In this document: positions 28,462 to 37,444 of the stretch, one piece after another
How positions within the stretch are numbered: position 1 is the stretch's first letter
Layout of the letters: each line of letters begins with the position of its first letter
From: Candidatus Obscuribacteraceae bacterium
Lineage (GTDB): Bacteria; Cyanobacteriota; Vampirovibrionia; Obscuribacterales; Obscuribacteraceae
Assembly: GCA_044229845.1 (NCBI GenBank)
Contig: JBGASG010000004.1
Span: 256,001 to 320,000, forward strand
Length of the DNA stretch: 64,000 bases
Direction: 5' to 3'
Position numbers and translations under genes: made by a program
Notes under the pieces: generated by a model
The model's input: only the letters and a program-made list of their open reading frames with translations
The model's database searches: none
What the model was told of the DNA's origin: nothing

Positions 28462-30045
28462 ATGAACCGTACGCAAATGCTGGAACGTCTCCGGGCACGC
28501 AAGACTGCCTGGGACATGGTGATCATCGGCGGCGGCGCCACCGGTGTCGGCGTGGCGGTCGATGCCGCCTCCCGCGGATATCAGGTATTGCTCCTCGAAC
28601 AGCATGACTTCGGTAAAGGCACCTCGAGCCGCAGCACCAAGCTCGTGCACGGTGGTGTGCGTTATCTGGAACAGGGAAATATCCCGCTCGTCATGGAAGC
28701 GCTCAAAGAGCGCGGACTGCTGCGGCAAAATGCACCGCACCTGGTACACGATCTCTCGTTCATCGTGCCGAACTATGACTGGTGGGAAGCACCCTTCTAC
28801 GGCATGGGATTGAAGGTCTATGATTTGCTGGCGGGCAAGTTCGGGTTTGGCAAGTCGCGCATTTTGTCGCGCGATGAGATTACAGAGAAGATTCCCACGA
28901 TCAAGCAAGAGGGGCTGCGTGGCGGCGTCATCTATTACGATGGACAATTCGACGATTCGCGATTGCTGATCAACCTGGTGACTACCGCAGTCGAGCAGGG
29001 TGCCACCATGCTCAACTACCTGCCGGTCACTGGTATCACCAAAGATGCCGAAGATTATGTGGATGGTGTCATCGCTCGCGATGAAGAAACCGGCGAGTCC
29101 TTCACCATCAAAACAAAAGTATTGATCAACGCCACCGGTGCCTTCACCGACAACGTGCGCCGGCTTGCGGATGCAGAGGTGAAACCGATGATCGCCCCCA
29201 GCCAGGGCATTCACCTGGTGTTCGAGCGCTCGCTGATGCCGGGAGACAGCGCAATTATGGTGCCGCACACGAGTGACGGACGCGTCATGTTTGCGATTCC
29301 CTGGCACGACCATGTGCTGGTCGGGACTACGGATACGCCAATCGATCAGCCGACGCTGGAACCGCTGGCTATGGAGCACGAGATTGAATTTATTCTGGAA
29401 ACGGCCGGTAAGTACTTGAGCCGCCCACCATCGCGCGCGGACGTGCTGAGCGTCTTCGCCGGCATTCGCCCCCTGGTGAAAGCCGATGGCGCCGGCAGCA
29501 CCGCGGCTTTGTCGCGCGACCACACGATTCACATCGATAACTCAGGGCTGCTCACCATATGTGGTGGCAAGTGGACGACCTATCGCCGAATGGCAAAGGA
29601 CTGCGTCGATCATGCACTGACGCTGGCAAAACTGGACGAAGTAGAATCAGCCACCGAAAGCCTGCGCATTCACGGCTATCACGCCCAGCCTGAGTCATTC
29701 GGCGAACTGTCAATCTACGGTTCCGACGCCCATCGCATCGAGGATCTGATCAGACAAGACAAGAAATTAGGCGAACGTCTGCACGCCGACCTGCCCTACA
29801 CTCGCGCCGAAGTTGTTTGGGCCGTGCGCAACGAAATGGCGCAGACAGTCGAAGACTTTCTCGCTCGGCGCGTGCGGGCGCTGTTTCTCAACTCGCACGC
29901 AGCTCTAGAAATGGCGCCCCAAGTCGCCGACATCATGGCTGCCGAATTGAAAAAAGACGACGCCTGGAAACAAGACCAGCTCCACAAATTCGAAGCCGTC
30001 GCCCGGGTTTATAAACTGCCAGCCACGGTCACCGCCAGCAACTAA
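28462..30045 (+). CDS. glpD: FAD-dependent glycerol-3-phosphate dehydrogenase
   Basis: IIGGGATG, DFGKGTSSRSTKLVHGGVRYL, YDGQFDD, GTTD, AGIRPL and GGKWTTYR motifs. Confidence 0.95.
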   Translation: MNRTQMLERLRARKTAWDMVIIGGGATGVGVAVDAASRGYQVLLLEQHDFGKGTSSRSTKLVHGGVRYLEQGNIPLVMEALKERGLLRQNAPHLVHDLSFIVPNYDWWEAPFYGMGLKVYDLLAGKFGFGKSRILSRDEITEKIPTIKQEGLRGGVIYYDGQFDDSRLLINLVTTAVEQGATMLNYLPVTGITKDAEDYVDGVIARDEETGESFTIKTKVLINATGAFTDNVRRLADAEVKPMIAPSQGIHLVFERSLMPGDSAIMVPHTSDGRVMFAIPWHDHVLVGTTDTPIDQPTLEPLAMEHEIEFILETAGKYLSRPPSRADVLSVFAGIRPLVKADGAGSTAALSRDHTIHIDNSGLLTICGGKWTTYRRMAKDCVDHALTLAKLDEVESATESLRIHGYHAQPESFGELSIYGSDAHRIEDLIRQDKKLGERLHADLPYTRAEVVWAVRNEMAQTVEDFLARRVRALFLNSHAALEMAPQVADIMAAELKKDDAWKQDQLHKFEAVARVYKLPATVTASN

Positions 30046-30056
30046 ATTCACCCTGG

Positions 30057-31301
30057 CTACCTATTAGTGCCCCACACCGCCGACACTGGAATAGCCTGAA
30101 AGTGCTGCTCGAATGTGAGCGTGTGATTTCCAAGATACAGTACAAATCCGCGATGGAATTTTTTTCCTGCAATCTCCCGCAAGGACTTGAGTCCTTTTAG
30201 CGTGTCACTCCCTACGCGCTTTCCGCTCTTGCACTCGATGCCCACTATTCGGCCATCTGGTGCTTCAAGCACAATGTCAACCTCATGCCCCGCTTCAGTT
30301 CGAAGATGATAAAGTTTCGGTCTAACGCGACTCCATGAGAGTTGTTTGACTAACTCCATCATCACAAAGTTTTCAAATACCGCGCCCATCAAGCCAGGAT
30401 CAGCGAGCAGTGCTTGCGCATCGCAGCCGAGCAAGTGACACAGAAGTCCAGAGTCGTTCAAATGAATCTTCGACGACTTGATTAGTCGTTTGCCCCTGTT
30501 GGAAAACCACGGCGAAATAGGCACAAAGACAAACAGCAACTGCAGCAAAGACAGATAGGTTTTCAGCGTAGTTTGTCCAATCTCTAAAGACCTCGCTAGA
30601 TCCGCATTGTTCAGCAAATTTCCAGATCGTGAGGCGACTAACTTGAGCAGCTTTGGCATGACCGTCAATTGCTCTACGTTCCGCAGTTCCCGTACCTCTC
30701 TCTCTATGAGAGTTGTAATGTAACTCGCGAACCAGTCCTGCCGTCGTTCAAATGATTCGCGCTGGACGACATCCGGGTACCCACCAGTCACCAGAATATT
30801 GACCAAGTCATCGAAGTCCACCGGCGTTTCGACAGCGATCAATCCATCACCAAAAGCGGTGTCTACGAACGATTCGCGAACGCCCCGTAGCTCACCCTGC
30901 GACAGAGGCCACAATGAATGAATCTCGATGCGTCCAACCAGAGTGTCAGCAATTTTTGGAAGGGCAAGAACATCAGCCGAGCCAGTGAGAATAAATCTCC
31001 CAGGTTGCCTATTTTGATCGACCGAATACTTAATGGGTAACATCACCTCGGGCGCACGTTGAATCTCATCAAGAATGACCCTCTCGGGCAGACTCTCAAC
31101 AAAACCCTGCGGGTCGCTGCGCGCCGAATCAAGTATCGCAAGATTGTCGAACGAGAAGTACGGATATGAATTCTTTGGTCCGGCAAAAAGTTCCTTAACC
31201 AACGTGCTCTTACCTGTCTGCCGCGCACCATTGATCAAGATCACCGGAGTATCTCCGGACGCCTGCAAAATCTTCTCTTTCAGATGTCTGGGGTAGAGCA
31301 T
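30057..31301 (-). CDS. AAA_14/DUF4143 ATP-binding protein with a C-terminal PD-(D/E)xK-like domain
   Basis: GARQTGKST, ILDEIQ, LTGS, GGYP, FENFV and EVDIVLE...IECK motifs. Confidence 0.92.
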   Translation of the reverse strand: MLYPRHLKEKILQASGDTPVILINGARQTGKSTLVKELFAGPKNSYPYFSFDNLAILDSARSDPQGFVESLPERVILDEIQRAPEVMLPIKYSVDQNRQPGRFILTGSADVLALPKIADTLVGRIEIHSLWPLSQGELRGVRESFVDTAFGDGLIAVETPVDFDDLVNILVTGGYPDVVQRESFERRQDWFASYITTLIEREVRELRNVEQLTVMPKLLKLVASRSGNLLNNADLARSLEIGQTTLKTYLSLLQLLFVFVPISPWFSNRGKRLIKSSKIHLNDSGLLCHLLGCDAQALLADPGLMGAVFENFVMMELVKQLSWSRVRPKLYHLRTEAGHEVDIVLEAPDGRIVGIECKSGKRVGSDTLKGLKSLREIAGKKFHRGFVLYLGNHTLTFEQHFQAIPVSAVWGTNR

Positions 31302-31305
31302 ACGG

Positions 31306-31363
31306 GAATTATAGCACTAGGGTGTCGGATTCCAGCACTTAAAGTGATGATTTCCAGCTTTTA
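31306..31363. repeat. Three degenerate direct repeats (period 21-22 bp) immediately upstream of the ATPase
   Basis: GAATTATAGCACTA / GATTCCAGCACTTA / ATTTCCAGCTTTTA. Confidence 0.45.
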
Positions 31364-31420
31364 ACTCAAAACGCTCTCTCAGTGGGGCATAGAGGCTCCA
31401 AGGCTCCCAACCCACGCTGC

Positions 31421-33589
31421 CTAGCTACCAGTCACTCGGGTAACAGTGCCCGAATCGGCGTCCAGCAGGAGGCTGTCGCCATCGCGAAAGCCTTGAGTGG
31501 CGCCTTGCACATTGGTAATCGCCGGCAGTCCAATCTCGCGCAGAATAATCGAGCCGTGCGACAGGTCCCCGCCGATTTCGACGACCACGCCTTTGACTTG
31601 CGAAAACACAGGTATCCACCCGGCATCGACAGAACGCGCGACGAGAACAATCGGTTTGCCGTCTAACTCAGGGGGAAGTGCGCGCGGCGGCTCCCGCAAA
31701 ACAAGCGCGATACCGCTGACCCGTCCCGATGTCAGACTGACGCCCTTCAATCTCTCGGTGCCCGACAAATCTGTCAGCGCATTCCGGTTTCTTCCAAACT
31801 GCTCGAGATCATCAAAGCGAATCAGACCGGGATCGACTGCATTCAGACCATCCAGCGAACGCGCTTCATCAATCGACAGCAGCCAGAGATCATCGGGCTG
31901 CGAGAGCTTGTCTCTCGTGATGCGCAGCAAGTTTTGCCGGATGCGTCCCATCGCCTTCATCGACTGATAGCGCACTTGCTCGCGTCCGGTGATGGCACGC
32001 CGCGCCCACCACCAGATTGGCTGCGTTAGAAAGCCCGCGATAGTGCGCGGAGGCAGTGGCTTCGCGGGCGGCTGCGGCGCACTCAGGGCGCCGAGCAACC
32101 AACCTGGATCTTCACTGAGTCGCGGTCGGGCGATGTCGCTTTCGTAAACGCCACGATGTCCGTGTTTGGCAAGATATGCAAGCCAGAGTTCCTGAAACCT
32201 CTGATCCTCCGGAACCTGCCCGGCCAGCACGGCCGCCCGCAGCGTCGCATCCGAAGCCACGAGATCACGCAGTGGAGCCAAGTCCGTGTACATCTGACTG
32301 GAGATTGTCGAGTGCCTGGCTGTGTGCTCCTCAAGTACGTTCAGACGTCGCAGTATCGCCAGTGGTGCGCTCATGGCGGCCGTCAGCGCCTGCATGTTTC
32401 GCACAATAGAACAGTACAGCCATTGCAGCAGTTGCACGCATTCGCTGACCGTGCCCCGCTCTTCGCTGGTCCTGCGAAACATTTGTTCCGTGGCAGCGCG
32501 GGCTCTACCGGTAGCCTGAAGTTGCGACATGCCCATCGCCAACAGCACCGGCAGTTTCCTGACCAGTCGTCCACCGTTGAGCGTATTGCCACCGTAGTCG
32601 ACACCACCGATGTTTCTGGTCACGAGGGTGCTGGGCAGTCCCAGGATGCGCATCATGTCTGTGAGAAGCGAGAGGTTGATCAGCGGGCGACCGGCGAAGA
32701 CCTCGATGAACGGTCGTCCAGCCGGCAGCGTCCCGTCGAATTCGCGGTAGTAATCGAAGAGCTTATCCGCGCACGACGCAATCAAACTGGTCATGAACGG
32801 AGACGGCAGATCAGGCAGTATTTCGCGATGATTCGCCAGAGTGAAAGCCTCATTGCGACGGCTGTGCCGCGTGATCGGGCGAATCTGCACCAGATAGCAG
32901 TGAGCACCGTTGTCCGCCCATTCGATATCCCAATCTCCCTCGCCGAACAGGAGACGCACATCGCGCAGCAACAGTTGCAACCGCTGAAGAAACGGCTGCA
33001 CGCTCGCGGACTCCGGCAGTGACTTTTCAAACGAGCGCAGCTTGGGTAGGCTCGTCGCATCACCGGCAACCTGTCCGGAAACGAGAGCTTCCGCGGTGCC
33101 CGCGCAGTAGTTGATCAGGTCGTCTTCAAAATCCCGCTCGGTGAAGGCAACCCCTGCCTTCATCGCATCCACCATGCTCATGATCATTATGTCGCGGCGG
33201 ATGCCCTGCCCGTGCGCATCGGCGGAGTGCCAGACGTCGATGAACGCGTCTCCCACGTCAGCCTGATCGACAAACAGCTTCGACTTGAAGTGCCCAGCCA
33301 TCGCGCTGCCTTGCGTATCTTCGGCAGAGAATGCGGAGCGCACCGCATACGGTTCTCTAATTCCCAGAGTGGTCAGCCTCTCCACGAGCTGCTGGGAAAT
33401 GCGTGTCAGTTTCTGGTCCAGGTCTGGAGAGCCGGCGAGCAATCCGTCAAAAGTTTCGTCCAACACGAGAATTCCATTCGGCACCATCAGGTTGGCCCGC
33501 TTAGCCCGGTCAAGCAGACGCCCCTTGTTGCCCACCGCATCGCGCTGCGCGTTTCCCGTGCCGAGAACTGCGAATTCCAGTTTGCTCAT
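31421..33589 (-). CDS. PEP-utilising enzyme / PPDK-like phosphotransferase (ATP-grasp, middle domain, phospho-His domain)
   Basis: VGNKG, AVRSAFSAED..SAMAGHF, DIEWA, VQIRPIT and C-terminal GGDLSHGSIILREIGLPAI. Start placed at ATG 33589, which overlaps the upstream stop (ATGA). Confidence 0.88.
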   Translation of the reverse strand: MSKLEFAVLGTGNAQRDAVGNKGRLLDRAKRANLMVPNGILVLDETFDGLLAGSPDLDQKLTRISQQLVERLTTLGIREPYAVRSAFSAEDTQGSAMAGHFKSKLFVDQADVGDAFIDVWHSADAHGQGIRRDIMIMSMVDAMKAGVAFTERDFEDDLINYCAGTAEALVSGQVAGDATSLPKLRSFEKSLPESASVQPFLQRLQLLLRDVRLLFGEGDWDIEWADNGAHCYLVQIRPITRHSRRNEAFTLANHREILPDLPSPFMTSLIASCADKLFDYYREFDGTLPAGRPFIEVFAGRPLINLSLLTDMMRILGLPSTLVTRNIGGVDYGGNTLNGGRLVRKLPVLLAMGMSQLQATGRARAATEQMFRRTSEERGTVSECVQLLQWLYCSIVRNMQALTAAMSAPLAILRRLNVLEEHTARHSTISSQMYTDLAPLRDLVASDATLRAAVLAGQVPEDQRFQELWLAYLAKHGHRGVYESDIARPRLSEDPGWLLGALSAPQPPAKPLPPRTIAGFLTQPIWWWARRAITGREQVRYQSMKAMGRIRQNLLRITRDKLSQPDDLWLLSIDEARSLDGLNAVDPGLIRFDDLEQFGRNRNALTDLSGTERLKGVSLTSGRVSGIALVLREPPRALPPELDGKPIVLVARSVDAGWIPVFSQVKGVVVEIGGDLSHGSIILREIGLPAITNVQGATQGFRDGDSLLLDADSGTVTRVTGS

Positions 33590-34323
33590 CGGGCTGCAAG
33601 TTCCCTGGCGATGCGCGCCACCACCGTCGCGTAATCCTGTGGTTGTTCGATCATCGGCCAATGCGTCCATGCCTCGACGATCTGTGTTGATGAGTGAGGA
33701 AACAACTTCGCGAATTCCGGTGCGTGTGTCGAGGAGAGAACTCGGTCTTGCCCTCCCCATAGAATACAGGCTGGGAGCGCAATCGGCCCAAGCGACGAGA
33801 ACCACTGGTGAGTGATGAGATGAAACATCTCCTCGAACACCGAGCACGAGACGTACTCGTTGAAGAATTGTTCGACAAAGTCCTTGGGCACAGCCCTAGC
33901 GAATAGCCTGGCAGCAAAGTAGGGACGAAGCAAGCGATTCGTGAAGATCGCCTTGCCAAGCCGTGCCATGCCCGGCAGCAACATCAGCTGAGGAAACTGT
34001 CGCCTGTCGAGAAACGCTCCCACCGGCGCATGCAGAATGATTCCGTCCAGCGCATCGGGAAACTGCTGCGCCAATTGCAGCCCCAATGAACCACCGATAC
34101 CGTGTCCGAGAAGAATCCGCGGGCGAGGTTCACGCTCAACAATGGTGCGCAGCGCGTTGCCATAGTCATCGATTGTTTTTAGAGCGGCATCGCGCGGCTC
34201 CCCCGCGAATCCAGGCAATGTCGGCGCCACGAATATCACATCAGACGGAAAGTACTGAGCGGCGCGCTGAAAGCGAAATCCGCCACCACCATTTCCATGA
34301 ATCGCAATTACCGCGACGCTCAA
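33586..34323 (-). CDS. Alpha/beta hydrolase fold protein lacking the canonical nucleophile Ser
   Basis: IHGNGG, LPGF, GHGIGG (instead of GHSxGG), WGGQD and H.P.IEQP motifs. Confidence 0.88.
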   Translation of the reverse strand: MSVAVIAIHGNGGGGFRFQRAAQYFPSDVIFVAPTLPGFAGEPRDAALKTIDDYGNALRTIVEREPRPRILLGHGIGGSLGLQLAQQFPDALDGIILHAPVGAFLDRRQFPQLMLLPGMARLGKAIFTNRLLRPYFAARLFARAVPKDFVEQFFNEYVSCSVFEEMFHLITHQWFSSLGPIALPACILWGGQDRVLSSTHAPEFAKLFPHSSTQIVEAWTHWPMIEQPQDYATVVARIARELAAR

Positions 34324-34357
34324 TTTGTCACTTGAACGATTTCATTCAAAGTTTGTA

Positions 34358-34588
34358 TCACGCATTGAACTCTGGTGTGATATCCACTCCCTCGAAGGAT
34401 GGTGCATTGAAGAGGTGAGCCTTTAGTCCAGTGCTTTTGCGACTCGTTCGATTATACTCCGTCGCCGAAATGACGAAGACCTCGTCTTTGTGCCGTCGTA
34501 TCCGTTGCGGTCCTTTCGTCAGAGCAAGATTGACCACCTCAGAAAGTCTATTCTGTGCTTCGGCAAAATTCCAATCTGTCAATTGCAA
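34358..34588 (-). CDS. Phd/YefM family antitoxin, orphan
   Basis: W..AEAQNRLSEVVNLAL.KGPQRIRR....VFVISA.EY. Confidence 0.8.
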   Translation of the reverse strand: MQLTDWNFAEAQNRLSEVVNLALTKGPQRIRRHKDEVFVISATEYNRTSRKSTGLKAHLFNAPSFEGVDITPEFNA

Positions 34589-34603
34589 TTCCTTATCAGG
34601 CGG

Positions 34604-35347
34604 TCACGGCTTTTGGAGACTAGTATTAACCGTCGAGAAAAAGGTTCCTCGTTCGATGCGCTTTAAGGCTCTTGGATGAGGCAGGCGATCATAGTCAAGT
34701 ACGCCGATCTCGCGACCGGACAGCTTATCTCGCCATTCCTGCGCTGTGTCCGCGTTCATCAATGAGATTTCCTCACCAACCTCGATATCTGCTGTAGCAC
34801 AGCTGCCTATGAACAAAGCCTTGGACCGAAATTCGGGATCACTGGCATCCAAAATTGCGTTAAACGCCTCCCCGCTACCCATGCACACAATGTACACGAA
34901 ACATGCATCAGGAGCGCCGTCCCTCCGAATGAGTTCCCCCGCTTGTCCACACTCAAAGCAAACGATAAATGTGTGGGATTCACACCCTTTAGAAAAGCGA
35001 ATTACGTGGTGAGGATTGAAGCAAAGAGCCGAATGACTGCCTGTATCAACAGCCAAACGGAAGGCTGATATTAGGACCTTCTTGGTCTCCTCCGTTTTTA
35101 TCTGAGCGTGCGCCAGAATTGGGTAGCCTTGGATGCCGCTGGGGTCAGGCTTTTCCGGATGGGCCGGAATCGCATAAAGATCGACTTGGTCGGCATGGAG
35201 CATAAACTCAATTTCTTCTTCAGTAACATGTTTGGCGATAGTTGCCTTGGGCATTTCCTCCGCTTGAGCGATGGTGGCGATCCCAAATGCAATCAGGATC
35301 GCCAGAAAAGAAGCGAAACGCACAGTAGGAATTAGGATTGAGTGCAT
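34604..35347 (-). CDS. Hypothetical secreted protein, possibly with a C-terminal SAF-like domain
   Basis: Signal peptide; CFNPHH and VCFEC motifs; ATADIEVGEEI...RALKRIERG resembles SAF. Confidence 0.65.
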   Translation of the reverse strand: MHSILIPTVRFASFLAILIAFGIATIAQAEEMPKATIAKHVTEEEIEFMLHADQVDLYAIPAHPEKPDPSGIQGYPILAHAQIKTEETKKVLISAFRLAVDTGSHSALCFNPHHVIRFSKGCESHTFIVCFECGQAGELIRRDGAPDACFVYIVCMGSGEAFNAILDASDPEFRSKALFIGSCATADIEVGEEISLMNADTAQEWRDKLSGREIGVLDYDRLPHPRALKRIERGTFFSTVNTSLQKP

Positions 35348-35464
35348 CCGCAGAAGTTTGGGTCTCTATGAGGCGAGCATTTTGCCAGTCGGCTTCGGTT
35401 ATGGGAGTATTGTAGTATCAACAGGGCAGGTCGCGCTCTTCGCAGCGCGAATCCACGTGCAACC

Positions 35465-36100
35465 ATGACCCGAACCATGCAAGACAAAAGAAGACTTTTC
35501 TTCGGCAACCGGAAGAAGAATGTCATCGTGACAATCAGCGGCACGATAGTGATCCTCGCGCTCCTGGAATTGTGGATTGCAGCTAAAACCGTCTTGTCCG
35601 CGTTAGGCTTATCCTCAGCACTTCTAGTACTTCTAGCACCGATCGCTTTATTGTGGCGTTATCCGATTGCAATGTTTTTTGTGATGATCGGATATCCGAA
35701 TTTGACATGTAAAGTCAATTTTCTTCTCTTCAATCGCTGCTTCGGAAAACTTCCCGAACCAGGGTTAGCGCTAGGGATTCTAGTCGTTACGGTACCGATT
35801 ATTGTATCGCTTGTGCTTCCATCGACCCAGATACCACTTTTGCAATTGCAGATGCCGCCCTGGCTTGACGGCAGTTTCGTATACGCCTTCGGGTACCGAG
35901 CTGGTCTCGTCTGGCACTGTTGCGTGTGCGCATCTTGCCTGATACTCATGGATGCAGCCGGATTTTTGCTCATTCGAGCTTACTACCAAGAGAGGTTCAG
36001 CTGGTCGACATTTTGCTGGTTCGTTCTGGCAGACGTTCTATGCTCTCCATTGCTAGATTGGATCAGCATATTCTACAGAGTGTGGCCTAATGAACCCTAG
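35465..36100 (+). CDS. Hypothetical integral membrane protein
   Basis: About 5-6 hydrophobic segments; its 3' end overlaps the convergent 36053..37255 gene. Confidence 0.55.
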   Translation: MTRTMQDKRRLFFGNRKKNVIVTISGTIVILALLELWIAAKTVLSALGLSSALLVLLAPIALLWRYPIAMFFVMIGYPNLTCKVNFLLFNRCFGKLPEPGLALGILVVTVPIIVSLVLPSTQIPLLQLQMPPWLDGSFVYAFGYRAGLVWHCCVCASCLILMDAAGFLLIRAYYQERFSWSTFCWFVLADVLCSPLLDWISIFYRVWPNEP

Positions 36101-37255
36101 CTGTTTCAGTATGGCGCTATGTTCCCTCTCTGCGACGAATTTACCCGCGGCATTGAAGTGCCCGAGTTCCTTAATCCGACCAGCTGCAACCGCCTGAGCA
36201 TGAGTACTAATATGCATTTCTGGAGAATACATAAGCAATTTGTTTTCGGGTGGAGGCGTTAGGAGGAAGCTTCTGAAGTTTGGATTGAGATTCACTAATT
36301 GGTCAGCTTGGTGAATATCGTCATAGGAAAATTCGGAATAACCCTTTCGGTGCGGGTGTGAGTGGATGATTGCATCGAGTTTATACTGATTCGTTGCCAT
36401 CTGCACCAAATCACTAGCCGTGTGATTCTCACTCTGGTCTGGGGCGGTCTCGGGAGATGTCGTGTACCACAAGCTGCTTGCCGACAGAGGTCCCCCAGAT
36501 TGGCGCCCGAAGGCGACGTGAAACTCGCCCCCTTCTGTGCGCCTGGGATCATTCAGGATCGAGTTACAGCTCTCGAGAATGCCCTGCCCCACTGAAGGCA
36601 CCGGATGAATCTCTCCATAGGATTTGCCAAACCAACCTTTTGTTACCTCTGCCGCAGGTACTCCATGCTTTTTGGTTAAGTCCCAAATGATTCCATTTAG
36701 AAAATCCGTAGGTCTCTCATCCGGTGCCGGCTTAACGTCAGCGGCATCAGATTTTTTGTCAGGAGATTTTTTGTCAGAGCTCGGGTTCAAGGCTATCAGG
36801 TCGATATCTTGTGCTCCATTGAGTTTAGTGGGCTGGGAAAAGCCCATTAGTTCTTTTGCTTTACGCATCATGTAGTCAATCGAAAAAACGCTCTGGAGGC
36901 GCTCGCGTTCCTCCGCCGTCGGGGCGTCCTTCGTGGCTGCTTGCAATCCAATTAGAAACGACAGCCGCGGGCGGTAGGAATTCTCCATACCGTGTTCGCC
37001 GCTTGCTGTGTAGATGCGCCCCTTTTCTTTATCTTCGATGGCAAACTCTGATACCGCCTGCCCTTGCTTCGAAACCGCGGAAAGGAATTGATCATTACCG
37101 CCCGAAAATGTTTTGAACTTCGGTTCGTAAGGCGCGGCTTGCGGATCGTCTGTGATGGCGTCCTTCGCTATGTGTCCGCTGAGAAGAATCGTTTCCTTCG
37201 GGTGGTCGTCAAATTTATCGCCACCGCTCCCGCTCTCCTTGCCTTTTCCGACCAT
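36053..37255 (-). CDS. Putative polymorphic effector: conserved N-terminal domain plus JAB/MPN (DUF4329-like) C-terminal domain
   Basis: E...IIHSHP.......FSYDD...SFLLTP. N-terminal domain shared with 45064..46129. Confidence 0.7.
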   Translation of the reverse strand: MVGKGKESGSGGDKFDDHPKETILLSGHIAKDAITDDPQAAPYEPKFKTFSGGNDQFLSAVSKQGQAVSEFAIEDKEKGRIYTASGEHGMENSYRPRLSFLIGLQAATKDAPTAEERERLQSVFSIDYMMRKAKELMGFSQPTKLNGAQDIDLIALNPSSDKKSPDKKSDAADVKPAPDERPTDFLNGIIWDLTKKHGVPAAEVTKGWFGKSYGEIHPVPSVGQGILESCNSILNDPRRTEGGEFHVAFGRQSGGPLSASSLWYTTSPETAPDQSENHTASDLVQMATNQYKLDAIIHSHPHRKGYSEFSYDDIHQADQLVNLNPNFRSFLLTPPPENKLLMYSPEMHISTHAQAVAAGRIKELGHFNAAGKFVAEREHSAILKQLGFIRPHSVEYADPI

Positions 37256-37444
37256 ACCGCACCACCGACTGAGCTATCGTTCAGGTTATATACCCAAGGA
37301 GTGCAATCCTGGTGCTTCTTGCCCCTCAGAGTAGACCCTTCGCAGTCCAGTCGACTTTAGCATCCGGTCGCTTGTGAGTTACATACCTCTGCGTTCGTTC
37401 TGTCTTCAACGTGGAATAAATCCGAAGCCAACGGATTTGCACAC

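Noticed and set aside
33590..33847. N-terminal extension of the PEP-utiliser given in the ORF track
   Set aside because: It overlaps the hydrolase gene; ATG 33589 with an ATGA overlap is the better start.
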